64,000 bases of DNA. Origin: Minisyncoccota bacterium. Its GTDB lineage: Bacteria > Patescibacteriota > Minisyncoccia > Phycocordibacterales > UBA1006. The stretch lies in assembly GCA_036405175.1 (NCBI GenBank), contig DASWYC010000002.1, positions 187,429 to 251,428 of the forward strand. The letters run 5' to 3'. How positions within the stretch are numbered: position 1 is the stretch's first letter; each line of letters begins with the position of its first letter. A program made the position numbers and the translations under genes. Of this stretch, positions 1 through 9,424 are shown in pieces. The notes beneath the pieces were generated by a model. That model saw only the letters and a list, made by a program, of their open reading frames with translations. It was not told the DNA's origin and did no database searches.

Positions 1-2
1 GT

Positions 3-146
3 GATATTGATGAAACGTTAGAGCGACTCAAAAAGCACGGCGCAACGGTGGTTGATGAAGTGGTACAGTATGAAAATTCTTACCGGCTTTGCTATATTCG
101 AGGACCTGAGAATCTACTTATTGGGTTGGCGGAAGAGCTACATTAA
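3..146 (+). CDS. C-terminal fragment of a VOC/glyoxalase-family protein; the 5' end lies outside the window
   Basis: Frame 3 reads ...DIDETLERLKKHGATVVDEVVQYENSYRLCYIRGPENLLIGLAEELH*, which resembles the last beta-strands of the glyoxalase/bleomycin-resistance fold. A perfect hairpin terminator follows. Confidence 0.4.
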   Translation, partial: DIDETLERLKKHGATVVDEVVQYENSYRLCYIRGPENLLIGLAEELH

Positions 147-170
147 AATCAATAATAATTGATATATAAC

Positions 171-204
171 AAAAGGCTATTCTTATTTATTAGAATAGCC
201 TTTT
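171..204. terminator. Bidirectional intrinsic terminator between convergent genes
   Basis: aaaaggctattct-tatttatt-agaatagcctttt: a 13-bp perfect stem with A-run and T-run flanks. Confidence 0.7.
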
Positions 205-228
205 AATAATAACTTTAAGTAGCTCTGA

Positions 229-762
229 TTAATTGAGTGTTGACTCTTCAATCTCCTTTTTTAACTTTTCGAACTCTGTATCGTCGATAAGGTTTTCTTC
301 TTTAAAGGATTGAAGAGTGTCCAGTGCATCATCCTGACTCCAGAGATCATCGGATGACTTTGTCTTACTAACGATTTGTCCATGTCGTCCACATGCGCAA
401 ACGTCAAAGTAGGCAATGTCAACCGGTTCTCGCTGCTCTTTGCGGTCTCCTCCCAAAATCATTGCTAAAGCAAATGGGAACCCCATGCTACCAAATGGCC
501 CGCCACCAAATCCCCCAAGTGAAATAACGGTGACCTCAATCGCGGAGCCTGATGAGCTTTCAGTCCAAGGGATTTCCGGTTTTTCCAGAATTGAATCTCG
601 AAGATTTCTAAATTCTGTCGAGGTGAGTTTATTGTCATCAGCAAGAGCTTTTATTAGCTCGAAACCCTCCTTTTTGGATGTAAAAATTTGACTATGCGTA
701 CCATCGCTAAATTTAATAGCGAATCCGTCGCCATCTTGGAGAAGCTCTACTTTACTTTTCAT
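229..762 (-). CDS. Hypothetical protein with SHOCT-like C-terminal motif and Gly-rich middle
   Basis: 177-aa ORF with an ATG start. The C-terminus (DTLQSFKEENLIDDTEFEKLKKEI) matches the SHOCT pattern (L..G.I..EEFE..K..L). The middle has GGFGGGPFGSMGFPF. Confidence 0.55.
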   Translation of the reverse strand: MKSKVELLQDGDGFAIKFSDGTHSQIFTSKKEGFELIKALADDNKLTSTEFRNLRDSILEKPEIPWTESSSGSAIEVTVISLGGFGGGPFGSMGFPFALAMILGGDRKEQREPVDIAYFDVCACGRHGQIVSKTKSSDDLWSQDDALDTLQSFKEENLIDDTEFEKLKKEIEESTLN

Positions 763-987
763 AAGAACTAAGATTGGTTTATTGGTTTGAGAATTTATTT
801 TAAGATATTTACTAGAGTATTATAGCACATATAATACATAGAGTCAAGTATCTGAATAAAAGGTTCTTGTACTTCCAAAAACCCATGCTACAATAAAGGT
901 AATCCGAGCACCCGTGCTCAGAAAACAACCAAACAAGAGCAGGGTGTAAGGACTTCATGCTCTTTAAAAAAACCAAAAATTAAATTA

Positions 988-2463
988 ATGAAAGAATTAA
1001 GTATTTTTGAACAAAATTTGTGGCAGCGGCTACAAATCTACTCACCTGATGATCCTGGATCATCATTCCCATTTTCAAGAAGATTGGCACAGGAAAACTG
1101 GTGGTCAATCGGATACGCATTACGCGTAGTAGAAGAGTTTAAACGATTTGCATTTTTGGCAATCGTTGCAGGGCATACCGTTACGCCACCTATTGCAGTA
1201 GATGAAGCTTGGCACTTGCTTATGATTTATACACGAGAATATTGGAATGTATTTTGCAAAGATATTCTCGGTAAAGAGCTTCATCATGGACCAACTAAAG
1301 GTGGTGTTGAAGAAGATGATAAGTTTGATGGATTATATACTCAGACCAAAGAGTCGTATATAAAGTTTTTTGAAGAAGCGCCGCCTGCAGATATTTGGCC
1401 TTCCAATGATGTTCGATTTGGACAACAGTTTGTACGGTTAAATATTGAAGATCATCTGATTATCAAAAAAGATGACTTTCCATTTGTAACAAAAATAATA
1501 GTTATTTTCTTAAACCTCGTATTAAAAATTAAAAACATGAGAAACAAAATCAAAATCGGAGCAACCATTCTAGGAATGTTGATGCTCGCCATGGTAAGTT
1601 TTGGACAATCAGTACCAAACTTTCCAAGTCGTCCTGTATTGGATCAAGCAAACGTTTTATCTGATCTTCAAGAAAAGAATCTCAATGAACGCATTGGATC
1701 ATTTGAACAAAAAACTTCAATGCAGATTAGATTAGTAACCGTGCATGATGTGAGTCCGTATGCAACAGCATCAGCGTATGCAGAAGATGTGTATCATACA
1801 TGGAAGTTAGGTGATAAAGACAAGCACAATGGATTGTTACTGGTCATTACTCAAAAGATTGCAGGTCAAAGTACTGACATGAAAGACTATTGCAGAATCA
1901 TGACAGGATGGGGAATTGTTGCAATGGTTCCAGATACGGTGGTGATTAACGAGATTAAACATCGCTACATGATGCCAAATCTTCCAAGTCAGCCTTATTT
2001 GGCATTCGATAATTCACTCACAAGAATTTTTTACTACATAGAACGTTGGCAACAAGAACATCCAGAAGATGTGACAGTTCAACAAAAAAGTATTGAGAAT
2101 GTTACGAGCGATTCAGCAACAACATTTCCAATGACCGATGAAAAAGAATTAGATTCAATTTCAGGCGGTCACAAAGAGGAAACATCATGGTGGTCAAATC
2201 ATTGGGGATGGGTTCTTGGAGGAGTTGTATTGTTGATCATAGTGATAATTGGGGTTAATGTAACAGAGGAAAGCTCTGATTCATACTATAGATCGTCATA
2301 TAATGACGGTTCAACAAAAAAGAAAAAAGATAGCGGCTCATCGAGTAGTTCATCATGTGGTAGTTCCTTTGGCAGCTCAGGAGGTGGTTCTTCTGGTTGC
2401 GGGTCCAGCTGCGGAAGCGGTTGTGGTGGAGGAGGCTGCGGAGGTGGTGGATGTGGAAGTTAA
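988..2463 (+). CDS. Fusion ORF with an N-terminal DUF1399-like domain, an internal signal/TM segment, a TPM-domain (TLP18.3/YgcG-like phosphatase fold) region, a TM helix and a Cys/Gly/Ser-rich tail
   Basis: A single 491-aa frame with no stop. The N-terminal block (WWSIGYALRVVEEF...HTVTPPIAVDEAWHLLMIYTREYW...HHGP) is typical of DUF1399. An internal MRNKIKIGATILGMLMLAMVSFGQ looks like a signal peptide, followed by a TPM-like core (VLDQANVLSD...RLVTV...GLLLVI) and the TM segment WGWVLGGVVLLIIVIIG. The tail CGSSFGSSGGGSSGCGSSCGSGCGGGGCGGGGCGS is typical of YgcG/TPM proteins. Confidence 0.6.
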   Translation: MKELSIFEQNLWQRLQIYSPDDPGSSFPFSRRLAQENWWSIGYALRVVEEFKRFAFLAIVAGHTVTPPIAVDEAWHLLMIYTREYWNVFCKDILGKELHHGPTKGGVEEDDKFDGLYTQTKESYIKFFEEAPPADIWPSNDVRFGQQFVRLNIEDHLIIKKDDFPFVTKIIVIFLNLVLKIKNMRNKIKIGATILGMLMLAMVSFGQSVPNFPSRPVLDQANVLSDLQEKNLNERIGSFEQKTSMQIRLVTVHDVSPYATASAYAEDVYHTWKLGDKDKHNGLLLVITQKIAGQSTDMKDYCRIMTGWGIVAMVPDTVVINEIKHRYMMPNLPSQPYLAFDNSLTRIFYYIERWQQEHPEDVTVQQKSIENVTSDSATTFPMTDEKELDSISGGHKEETSWWSNHWGWVLGGVVLLIIVIIGVNVTEESSDSYYRSSYNDGSTKKKKDSGSSSSSSCGSSFGSSGGGSSGCGSSCGSGCGGGGCGGGGCGS

Positions 2464-2547
2464 ACGATGTATACATTGCCATGAAAATGGCGATTTTTTG
2501 TACCCAAAAATCTGACGGCTGATACGATTTTTGATATACTTGCTCAT

Positions 2548-3018
2548 ATGTATAATCAACACTACTCAATTGTTATTAATGCTCCTAAACAAAAGGTTTG
2601 GGAAATTATGTTAGCTGATGCAACGTATCGAGAATGGACTACAGCATTTAGTCCTGATGGATCACATTTTGAAGGAAATTGGGAAGAGGGATCAAAGATT
2701 CGATTTGTTGGATCTGATGAAACCGCAGAGATCCAAGGGATGGTATGTATTGTAAAAGCAAACAAGCCAGGAGAATTTGTATCACTTGAGATTAGTGGAT
2801 TTGCTGGTCCAAATGGTAGCGAAGATACTGAAAGTGATGAGGCAAAGAAATGGAAGGGCGGACTTGAAAACTACACCTTTATTGATCACGCAGATGGAAC
2901 TGAGCTCAAGATTGATCTTATGAATGAGCAAGAGGCTGATCCTGAGTTTGCTGAGCAGATGAAAGCTATGTGGCCAGCAGCACTGAAGAAGTTAAAAGAG
3001 ATTGTTGAATCAAATTAA
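2548..3018 (+). CDS. SRPBCC/AHSA1-like (activator of Hsp90 ATPase homolog) domain protein
   Basis: 156 aa. The opening MYNQHYSIVINAPKQKVWEIM...YREWT is characteristic of the Aha1/SRPBCC START-like fold. TATACT at 2535-2540 sits 7 nt before the ATG. Confidence 0.7.
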   Translation: MYNQHYSIVINAPKQKVWEIMLADATYREWTTAFSPDGSHFEGNWEEGSKIRFVGSDETAEIQGMVCIVKANKPGEFVSLEISGFAGPNGSEDTESDEAKKWKGGLENYTFIDHADGTELKIDLMNEQEADPEFAEQMKAMWPAALKKLKEIVESN

Positions 3019-3131
3019 TACACCAAAATACCTTACAGAAATGTGAGGTGTTTTTGGTATACAGTTTTTTGACTTTTTACCGTAAAAATGCATAATTTGC
3101 TAAACATTTACAAAAAATAAACATCACAATA

Positions 3132-4076
3132 ATGGAAAAAGAAAAAACAGATCAAGAGATTCACCGTGAAATGGTGATCAAATTTCAGGAGGCAATATGG
3201 AATACGGAAGATCTACGAGGTCTCGAACGTAAAGGTTCATATGATGGACATAACGACGTTAAGTCTCGATACTGGACAACTGTACTGTTTAAAACTAATC
3301 CATCCTTGCTATTGCCTAATAACACAAGGTTGGGCTATGGAAGTCTACCAGATTATTCGGTCGTTTTTATTTACGATCATGAGACCGGTAGTTCTACGTA
3401 TGTCAGAGAATGTTTTGATAGTCAGGGTAAAGATTCTTATAAAGATATCTGTACCTTTGCGGAATTCTTTCCTGAAAAGCGTGTTCTTGTTGCTCAATTC
3501 ACAAATAGGCTTATGCTCTATCAATTTAAAGAAGACTCATTTGAGATTTTTGCCAAAATTGATAGTGTTAAGTCTTTTGATAATCTGGATAGATATTTTA
3601 AACAAACTATCCAAAGGGTTATTTTTGAAGAGAACAACCTAAATTATTTAACCTATATTGATAGTGAGGGACATATCTCTTTGCTACGCTTTGATTGGGA
3701 TAAGCTTTCTCTTGAAATAAGCTTGCTGCCTGGATTTAATGTTCGTTTCGGTGGTCTTTATAGCTTAAATATTTACGAGTCTGAATTAGGACTCCTTGCC
3801 GTTATGGGAACATACGGACGACAAAGGTCTGAGCCCGACATGAGTTCTACATTCTTTATTCAATGGGATGTTCAGGATACTCCTCTTTCTCTTCATCACT
3901 ACAAAACTAATGTGTATCAAAGTTGGACACCAGGTAAGGTGACATTCTCTTCTGTAAAGCGAAAAGGTTTTATAAAAGTCAACATATTTCTTTCAGGGAG
4001 AGGGTTACTATCAGCAGACACCGTGCCCGTTAATATGAAATTCCTACAAGAAAAGGAGAAGAAGAAATCAAAGTAA
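3132..4076 (+). CDS. Hypothetical protein (314 aa) with no family I recognise
   Basis: A long clean ORF with an ATG start, followed by a strong hairpin terminator at 4081-4116. Confidence 0.5.
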   Translation: MEKEKTDQEIHREMVIKFQEAIWNTEDLRGLERKGSYDGHNDVKSRYWTTVLFKTNPSLLLPNNTRLGYGSLPDYSVVFIYDHETGSSTYVRECFDSQGKDSYKDICTFAEFFPEKRVLVAQFTNRLMLYQFKEDSFEIFAKIDSVKSFDNLDRYFKQTIQRVIFEENNLNYLTYIDSEGHISLLRFDWDKLSLEISLLPGFNVRFGGLYSLNIYESELGLLAVMGTYGRQRSEPDMSSTFFIQWDVQDTPLSLHHYKTNVYQSWTPGKVTFSSVKRKGFIKVNIFLSGRGLLSADTVPVNMKFLQEKEKKKSK

Positions 4077-4080
4077 TTTT

Positions 4081-4120
4081 AGCTGTTACTTAATAGTATA
4101 TTAGGTAACAGCTTTTAAAT
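4081..4120 (+). terminator. Intrinsic terminator after the 3132-4076 ORF
   Basis: agctgttac-(15 nt loop)-gtaacagct followed by tttaaattt. Confidence 0.6.
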
Positions 4121-4485
4121 TTAAAGTTTATATATTGAATGCAAAGTCGGTGCATTTGGCTACGAAGACAGGGTGTTCTTGTAAGGTGGTGGGTAAGCTT
4201 TGCGCTAGGTAATCCACTGGTAGAAGTATTCGATTTATGCTATTTTAAATGTCTTAACTTCATATTTAATAACACCATATATTTAGAGATGACATATCAT
4301 AGATTTCGTTATGTTGAGTAACGTGAAAAAGATTCCGAGGGTGGTGGCATTATATAGGAAGACGAAACGTAATTGAGAAAAGCAGATGATTATATTTTCT
4401 GCTTTTTTTGTTTGCTTTTCAAAAAACTATCAGTATGCTAAGCTGGCAAAAAGCTATCCAACTTCTAGCTTAACCCGCAGAAGGG

Positions 4486-5127
4486 ATGTTGGATCACCCT
4501 CTGTTTAAAAATAAAAATAATATGAAAATAAGAAGTTTTCAAGATGCTCTTATCTATGTGTGGAGGGAAAATAGAAAATGGGGCATAACATCCGATGATA
4601 ATAGATTTTCTCCTCAAGTTTTCTTAAATAAAATATTTAGACTCTTGTATGAAACAGGTAGTTTTCCTATAAAAACAGAGATGAGAACGATCCCGTCTAA
4701 CTTTGATTTTCTAAATAAGCCTGATAGTGAATTAACCGAGCGTCAAAAGCAGCACAAGGATGATGTTTTAAAACTCATTCTTTACTTTTTATTATTAATA
4801 AATTCAACCGTCCCGTATGAAAATGTTGAACGAGGCGGAACATTCTTTAGAATGAAAAAACTTCCGAATGAGCAAGATATTATTGATATTATTCTACGTA
4901 AAGATGGTAGTAGAAACCATAACGCTCCATCACTGGCTTCATGCTTTGAATACTTTTTGATACGCATGTCAGAGTTAACTGATAATACTCTTAATGCCGG
5001 TGACTTCCATTTGGATCCCTTAAGTGCAACAAAGCATCTTAGTGATCTATACATTTGTATAAGATACTGGCTTAAACACGTCAAAATAGGATTGTTTTTA
5101 TCTGGAATACCAAACATAAAGTTTTAG
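4486..5127 (+). CDS. Hypothetical protein (213 aa) with no family I recognise
   Basis: ORF with an ATG start, separated from the upstream gene by a 400-bp non-coding gap. It converges on topA with a shared hairpin. Confidence 0.45.
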   Translation: MLDHPLFKNKNNMKIRSFQDALIYVWRENRKWGITSDDNRFSPQVFLNKIFRLLYETGSFPIKTEMRTIPSNFDFLNKPDSELTERQKQHKDDVLKLILYFLLLINSTVPYENVERGGTFFRMKKLPNEQDIIDIILRKDGSRNHNAPSLASCFEYFLIRMSELTDNTLNAGDFHLDPLSATKHLSDLYICIRYWLKHVKIGLFLSGIPNIKF

Positions 5128-5157
5128 TTAGTATGAAAGTAAGTTATTTGTGTTTAG

Positions 5158-5192
5158 AAAAATCTCCCCAGAATGTTCCTGGGAGATTTTTT
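5158..5192. terminator. Bidirectional terminator between the 4486 ORF and topA
   Basis: aaaatctcccca-gaatgttc-ctgggagatttttt. Confidence 0.6.
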
Positions 5193-7521
5193 ATTTCACC
5201 TTTTCGTACGCAAGAATTTCTTCAACGGGTGCGTTGAGTGCATCAACTGAGTCGGGAATATAAATACGCTTAAGTCCTTTTTGATAGAACACTCCTTGTT
5301 TTCCTTTAAGGAGACGGATCTCTTTTCCGGTTTTTGGATGTTCAAAACTGCGCACTAATTCTGTTCCTTTTGGAAGTGCTTTTGGGGTATACAAAAGTTT
5401 TATAGCTTCTTCAAGTGTTACTGTTTCAAGTGTCTTTGGTTTTTTAATAGGGCGGAATACTTTACCCATGCCAACGTAAGGGCCGTAACGTCCATCATTT
5501 ACAAATACTTCTTCACCAGTCTTTGGGTCAGTTCCAAGAACTTTTGGATACACCAAAGCGGCAAGTGCTTTTGCAAGAGTCACATTTTCTGGTTTGGTGC
5601 GTCCAAGTGATGCTTTTTTAACTTCTGCATCTTTGTCACCAATAGTTACGTAGGTTCCGTAGCGTCCTTCGTGCAAATAGATTGGCAACTTTGTTTTTGG
5701 ATCTTCGCCAAGCAATACTCCTTGACCCAACGGAAGTCCACTCATGGTGAGTGCACCGGTACAATCCGGGTAGCGAGAACACGACATAAACTTTCCCGTT
5801 TTTCCAATTTTGATAATCATGCCGGCACCACAGACGGGGCATTTAAATTGAGCATCTGCTTCTCCAAGATTTGAAATACGTTCAATTGATTCCTTAGAAA
5901 GCACAGCTTTGTGGAGCGGCTTATACATTTCATCAATAGTTTCAATATAGGTAGCTTTTCCATCAGTGATGTCATCAAGCTTATCTTCCATGTGTGCAGT
6001 AAATACGTCACTGGTATATTCCAAAAAGTGTTCACGCAAGAACTTACTTACAATCATTCCGGTGTCAGTTGGCTTAAGAGAGCGTCCAATCTTTTCTACA
6101 TACGTACGCTCAATCAACGTAGAGATGGTGCTTGCATACGTTGAAGGACGACCAATACCACGCTTTTCAAGTTCTTTAACGAGTCCTGCTTCTGAATAAC
6201 GAGCAGGCGGCTCCGTGTGCTTTTCGGTGCATGAAATACTTTCTTTGGTGAGTTGCTGTCCTTCTTTAAGAGCAGGAAGTGGCTTATCGGTTGCTTCGCC
6301 ATATGTATCGCATTGCATGTAGCCAGCATTTAAGATAATGCTTCCGGTTACCGAGAAGTTATAGTCTTCTTTTTTATAATCAACAGTAATGGTTGCAGTA
6401 GTGCGTTCAACCTGCGCTGCAATCATTTGTGATGCAATGGTGCGCTTCCAGATTAAATCGTAAAGACGTTTTTCGTCCTCGGTACTTCCGCGACTGTAGA
6501 GTGATAAATTAGTTGGACGAATTGCTTCGTGAGCTTCTTGTGCATTTTTTGATTTTGCTTTGAACTGGCGATATTCATGCATTTCTGCTCCGTATCGTTC
6601 CGTTACGACACCTTTAATAATTCCTAACGCATCTTTTGAAAGTGCAGGAGAGTCCGTACGCATGTAAGTGATAAATCCTTGCTCATACAATTTTTGAGCC
6701 ACCATCATGGTCTTTGATGGAGAAAATCCAAGATAGTTTGAAGCCGCTTGTTGAAGTGACGAGGTGGTAAACGGAACTTTTGGTTTTTTCTCAACTTGCG
6801 TTACAGTAATCTTGCTCAGCGAAAACTCTTTGTGTCCATTAAGGAATTTGGTAAAGTCTTCAGAAAATTCACGATCCTCAAAATCTTTAGTTGCGGTAAA
6901 GGTAAGATCGGGGCGAGCAGTATTAATGGCAAGTTCAAAAAACGTAGTACTTTCAAATTTCTCAATTTCTTCCTCGCGCTCAACTAATATATGTAGAGCA
7001 GGAGACTGTACACGCCCAGCAGAAAGGCCGTAGCGGAGCTTTTTCCACAAAAGACCAGAAAGATCGTATCCTACCAAACGATCAAGTACACGGCGCGCTT
7101 CTTGAGCCTCAACGAGATTCATGTCAATCTCACGGGGCTTTTTAAGTGAATCGATGATGGCTTTCTCGGTCACCTCGTTAAAAGTGATGCGCTTGATATT
7201 AGGAAGTTTTTTAACTTTATCCTTAAGAACTTCTTGAATGTGCCAAGAAATCGCTTCACCTTCGCGGTCATTATCCGTTGCAAGATACACCATGTCTGCA
7301 TCTTTGGTGAGTTTTGAAAGTTCGCTAATCACGCTAGTCTTTCCGGTAGAGATTTCATAGTGAGGTTTGTATCCGCCTTCAATATCAACAGCATTTTTGC
7401 TTGATTTAGGAAGGTCACGAATGTGTCCAACACTGGCACGAACAATGAAATTACCTTCTTTTTTAAGGTACTTTTCAATGGTCTTTGCTTTTGATGGGGA
7501 CTCAACGATCACGAGTTGCAT
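5191..7521 (-). CDS. topA: DNA topoisomerase I
   Basis: 776 aa. The MQLVIVESPSKAKTIEKYL Toprim start, the TDNDREGEAISWH motif and the catalytic Tyr region (GFITYMRTDS) are present. The C-terminus carries a Zn-ribbon (CPVCGAGM...CSRYPDCTG) and repeated RYGPYV/RYGTYV topo-I C-terminal repeats. Confidence 0.95.
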   Translation of the reverse strand: MQLVIVESPSKAKTIEKYLKKEGNFIVRASVGHIRDLPKSSKNAVDIEGGYKPHYEISTGKTSVISELSKLTKDADMVYLATDNDREGEAISWHIQEVLKDKVKKLPNIKRITFNEVTEKAIIDSLKKPREIDMNLVEAQEARRVLDRLVGYDLSGLLWKKLRYGLSAGRVQSPALHILVEREEEIEKFESTTFFELAINTARPDLTFTATKDFEDREFSEDFTKFLNGHKEFSLSKITVTQVEKKPKVPFTTSSLQQAASNYLGFSPSKTMMVAQKLYEQGFITYMRTDSPALSKDALGIIKGVVTERYGAEMHEYRQFKAKSKNAQEAHEAIRPTNLSLYSRGSTEDEKRLYDLIWKRTIASQMIAAQVERTTATITVDYKKEDYNFSVTGSIILNAGYMQCDTYGEATDKPLPALKEGQQLTKESISCTEKHTEPPARYSEAGLVKELEKRGIGRPSTYASTISTLIERTYVEKIGRSLKPTDTGMIVSKFLREHFLEYTSDVFTAHMEDKLDDITDGKATYIETIDEMYKPLHKAVLSKESIERISNLGEADAQFKCPVCGAGMIIKIGKTGKFMSCSRYPDCTGALTMSGLPLGQGVLLGEDPKTKLPIYLHEGRYGTYVTIGDKDAEVKKASLGRTKPENVTLAKALAALVYPKVLGTDPKTGEEVFVNDGRYGPYVGMGKVFRPIKKPKTLETVTLEEAIKLLYTPKALPKGTELVRSFEHPKTGKEIRLLKGKQGVFYQKGLKRIYIPDSVDALNAPVEEILAYEKVK

Positions 7522-7647
7522 CTAAGCAAAGTATCATGCAGGATTTAAGATGTAAAGAGCGGGGATAACTAATGTACAGGTTTTATTTGATTATATGAGA
7601 AAACTTTGTTATAAAGATGGAAACTTTCACCTTAATTTCTTAAGCCG

Positions 7648-8124
7648 ATGACAATAATAAATCAAAGCTCGCTGGTGCGTGCTATAGGGTATAAGCCAGA
7701 CTACGATATTGAAAAAGGACCTCGGGCTGTTAAGGTCGTGGACGGACACCTTGCAGGAAAAATAAAAGAAAACTTTCCTGGCGTTGTTCAAAGCGCACTT
7801 CTGGCACTTGTTATGTTTTTCCAGGATATTGGTTACTGGAAAGGATTCACATTAAAGGAATATGTAGATTTTCTTCGAAGCTACTCTGGGCGCTCTGACG
7901 AGCAGGGGATTACAAACTCCTGTTCAATATTTGCAGGGTATGTAATGGATACTAATGGAGAGGTAATTTTGGTACAGGGTTTCATACTTTATGATGCCAG
8001 AACCCAGAGATTCTATCTCACAAATCAAATCCTGCTTTTACTTGAATTTAATAAATCAGATGATGTTTCAAAAAGAGTTTCTAATATTTCCACGCATACA
8101 GAAAAAAAGAAGAAAAAGAAATGA
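7648..8124 (+). CDS. Hypothetical protein (158 aa) with a lysine-rich C-terminus
   Basis: ORF with an ATG start and a TGA stop, followed by a strong bidirectional terminator. Confidence 0.45.
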   Translation: MTIINQSSLVRAIGYKPDYDIEKGPRAVKVVDGHLAGKIKENFPGVVQSALLALVMFFQDIGYWKGFTLKEYVDFLRSYSGRSDEQGITNSCSIFAGYVMDTNGEVILVQGFILYDARTQRFYLTNQILLLLEFNKSDDVSKRVSNISTHTEKKKKKK

Positions 8125-8136
8125 ATGTTCCATTTT

Positions 8137-8170
8137 AAAAGCCTCACAAGAATATTCTTGTGAGGCTTTT
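8137..8170. terminator. Bidirectional intrinsic terminator
   Basis: aaaagcctcacaag-aatatt-cttgtgaggctttt: a 14-bp perfect stem. Confidence 0.75.
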
Positions 8171-8190
8171 ATGGTGAAAAGTTAATCATG

Positions 8191-9378
8191 TTATTTCTTA
8201 AACATAAGACTTAGTGATAATACGATGGCAAGGCCACCAAAAGCTATCCATGCAACTGCATATGAAAATGTGTTGGCAAGATAACCAGAAACAAGCAGTC
8301 CAATACATCCAATAACCATTTGAAATGAGCTAATTACCGAGATCGTCGTTGCTTTGATCTTTGGATCGTGAATGTTATTGATGAGCATTTGACTCCTCAG
8401 TGTTCTAAATATCTCTCTCAAAGTTTGATTGATGATAATGAAGAATATCCAGTACGTACTCAAGAGAATAATTGCAATCATGCTAATCCCAACGCCAATA
8501 TTGATAATCTCAAGTGTGCGATGATTTGCATGAAGCATACGCTTTGCAATTTGTTTACCTAATGCTTGTGATCCAATAAACAGCAAGAATGTTGCACCAA
8601 GGTAGTGAGGTTCAATCTTGAGTGCTACTTGCCACTGCATATTCATGGGTTGATTTGCTAACATAGCTAGTGATCCTGAAAGCGTGATAAGAATAAGAAT
8701 CTTACTATGTATGATGATGCTAGCCGCACGCTTCCCATGGTCCAATGCATCTTGATAATGCTCACGCCATGGTTTTCTTTGAAGTGGTACCATCTCTTCG
8801 TAATCCTTGGTTTTAAAAATAATAAAGAGTGACATTCCACCCGAAAGAATGCTTCCTACCAAAAACGGCAGGTGAATGCTATAGCTATAAAGATAGCTTC
8901 CTAGCAGAACGGCAACCATGTGGCCAATCAGTCCGATAATCTCTACGTTAATACGCATCTTGTTACGCCGTGCTTCAGAAAATCCGCGCAGCTTGAGTGA
9001 CTCGTCAATCCATACCGTAAGTACACCGGTATTAAAGGCTGCGCCAACCGCAAGAATGATTTCTGCAATTGCTGCACTAAATACCGTAGTGCTTGCTGCA
9101 TATACTGCTAATCCAATTGAGTAAATGAATGCGGCTAAAAAGCATGCACGCTTTTTACCAATCATGTCAGCAATGATGCCGGTTGGAATCTCTAAGAGAA
9201 ACGTAAAGATGTAGAAGAATACATTGGGAAGATTTGCTTCAAGCGGACTCATCCCCGCATCAATGAAGAACTTTCCATAAATGGCGCTAATTACAGAGCC
9301 CATCGCAAAAGAAGATAAGAAGCCCATTACAAGGCACATCGTAGCCGAAAGGCCAGGGAATTGATCTGTTTGTTTCAT
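8191..9378 (-). CDS. MFS-type transporter
   Basis: 395 aa with about 12 hydrophobic helices. The MFS motif-A-like GIIADMIGKKRA sits after TM2, and the layout is two-fold symmetric around a central loop. Confidence 0.7.
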   Translation of the reverse strand: MKQTDQFPGLSATMCLVMGFLSSFAMGSVISAIYGKFFIDAGMSPLEANLPNVFFYIFTFLLEIPTGIIADMIGKKRACFLAAFIYSIGLAVYAASTTVFSAAIAEIILAVGAAFNTGVLTVWIDESLKLRGFSEARRNKMRINVEIIGLIGHMVAVLLGSYLYSYSIHLPFLVGSILSGGMSLFIIFKTKDYEEMVPLQRKPWREHYQDALDHGKRAASIIIHSKILILITLSGSLAMLANQPMNMQWQVALKIEPHYLGATFLLFIGSQALGKQIAKRMLHANHRTLEIINIGVGISMIAIILLSTYWIFFIIINQTLREIFRTLRSQMLINNIHDPKIKATTISVISSFQMVIGCIGLLVSGYLANTFSYAVAWIAFGGLAIVLSLSLMFKK

Positions 9379-9400
9379 TGTTATTAAATTTGTAAGATGT

Positions 9401-9424
9401 AAAAAAATCCGGCACTGCGCCGGG
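9401..9424 (-). terminator. Leader intrinsic terminator immediately upstream of the MFS start codon
   Basis: On the minus strand: ccggc-gcagu-gccgg followed by U7, ending about 20 nt before the ATG at 9378. Confidence 0.5.

Noticed and set aside
416-691. Antisense or overlapping ORFs inside well-supported genes. Examples are 416-691, 2255-2569, 5636-5842, 16645-17124, 20196-20528, 26596-26895, 30887-31138 and 55730-56065.
   Set aside because: They lie entirely within, and opposite to or out of frame with, long ORFs that have clear homology (topA, the RHS toxin, clpB, rel and others). None has motifs, a promoter or a terminator. They are most parsimoniously frame noise in AT-rich DNA.
4139-4321. 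60-aa ORF in the 400-bp gap between the 3132 and 4486 genes.
   Set aside because: No start context and no coding-like composition. The stretch is better explained as a non-coding region containing a tRNA-like remnant (see findings).
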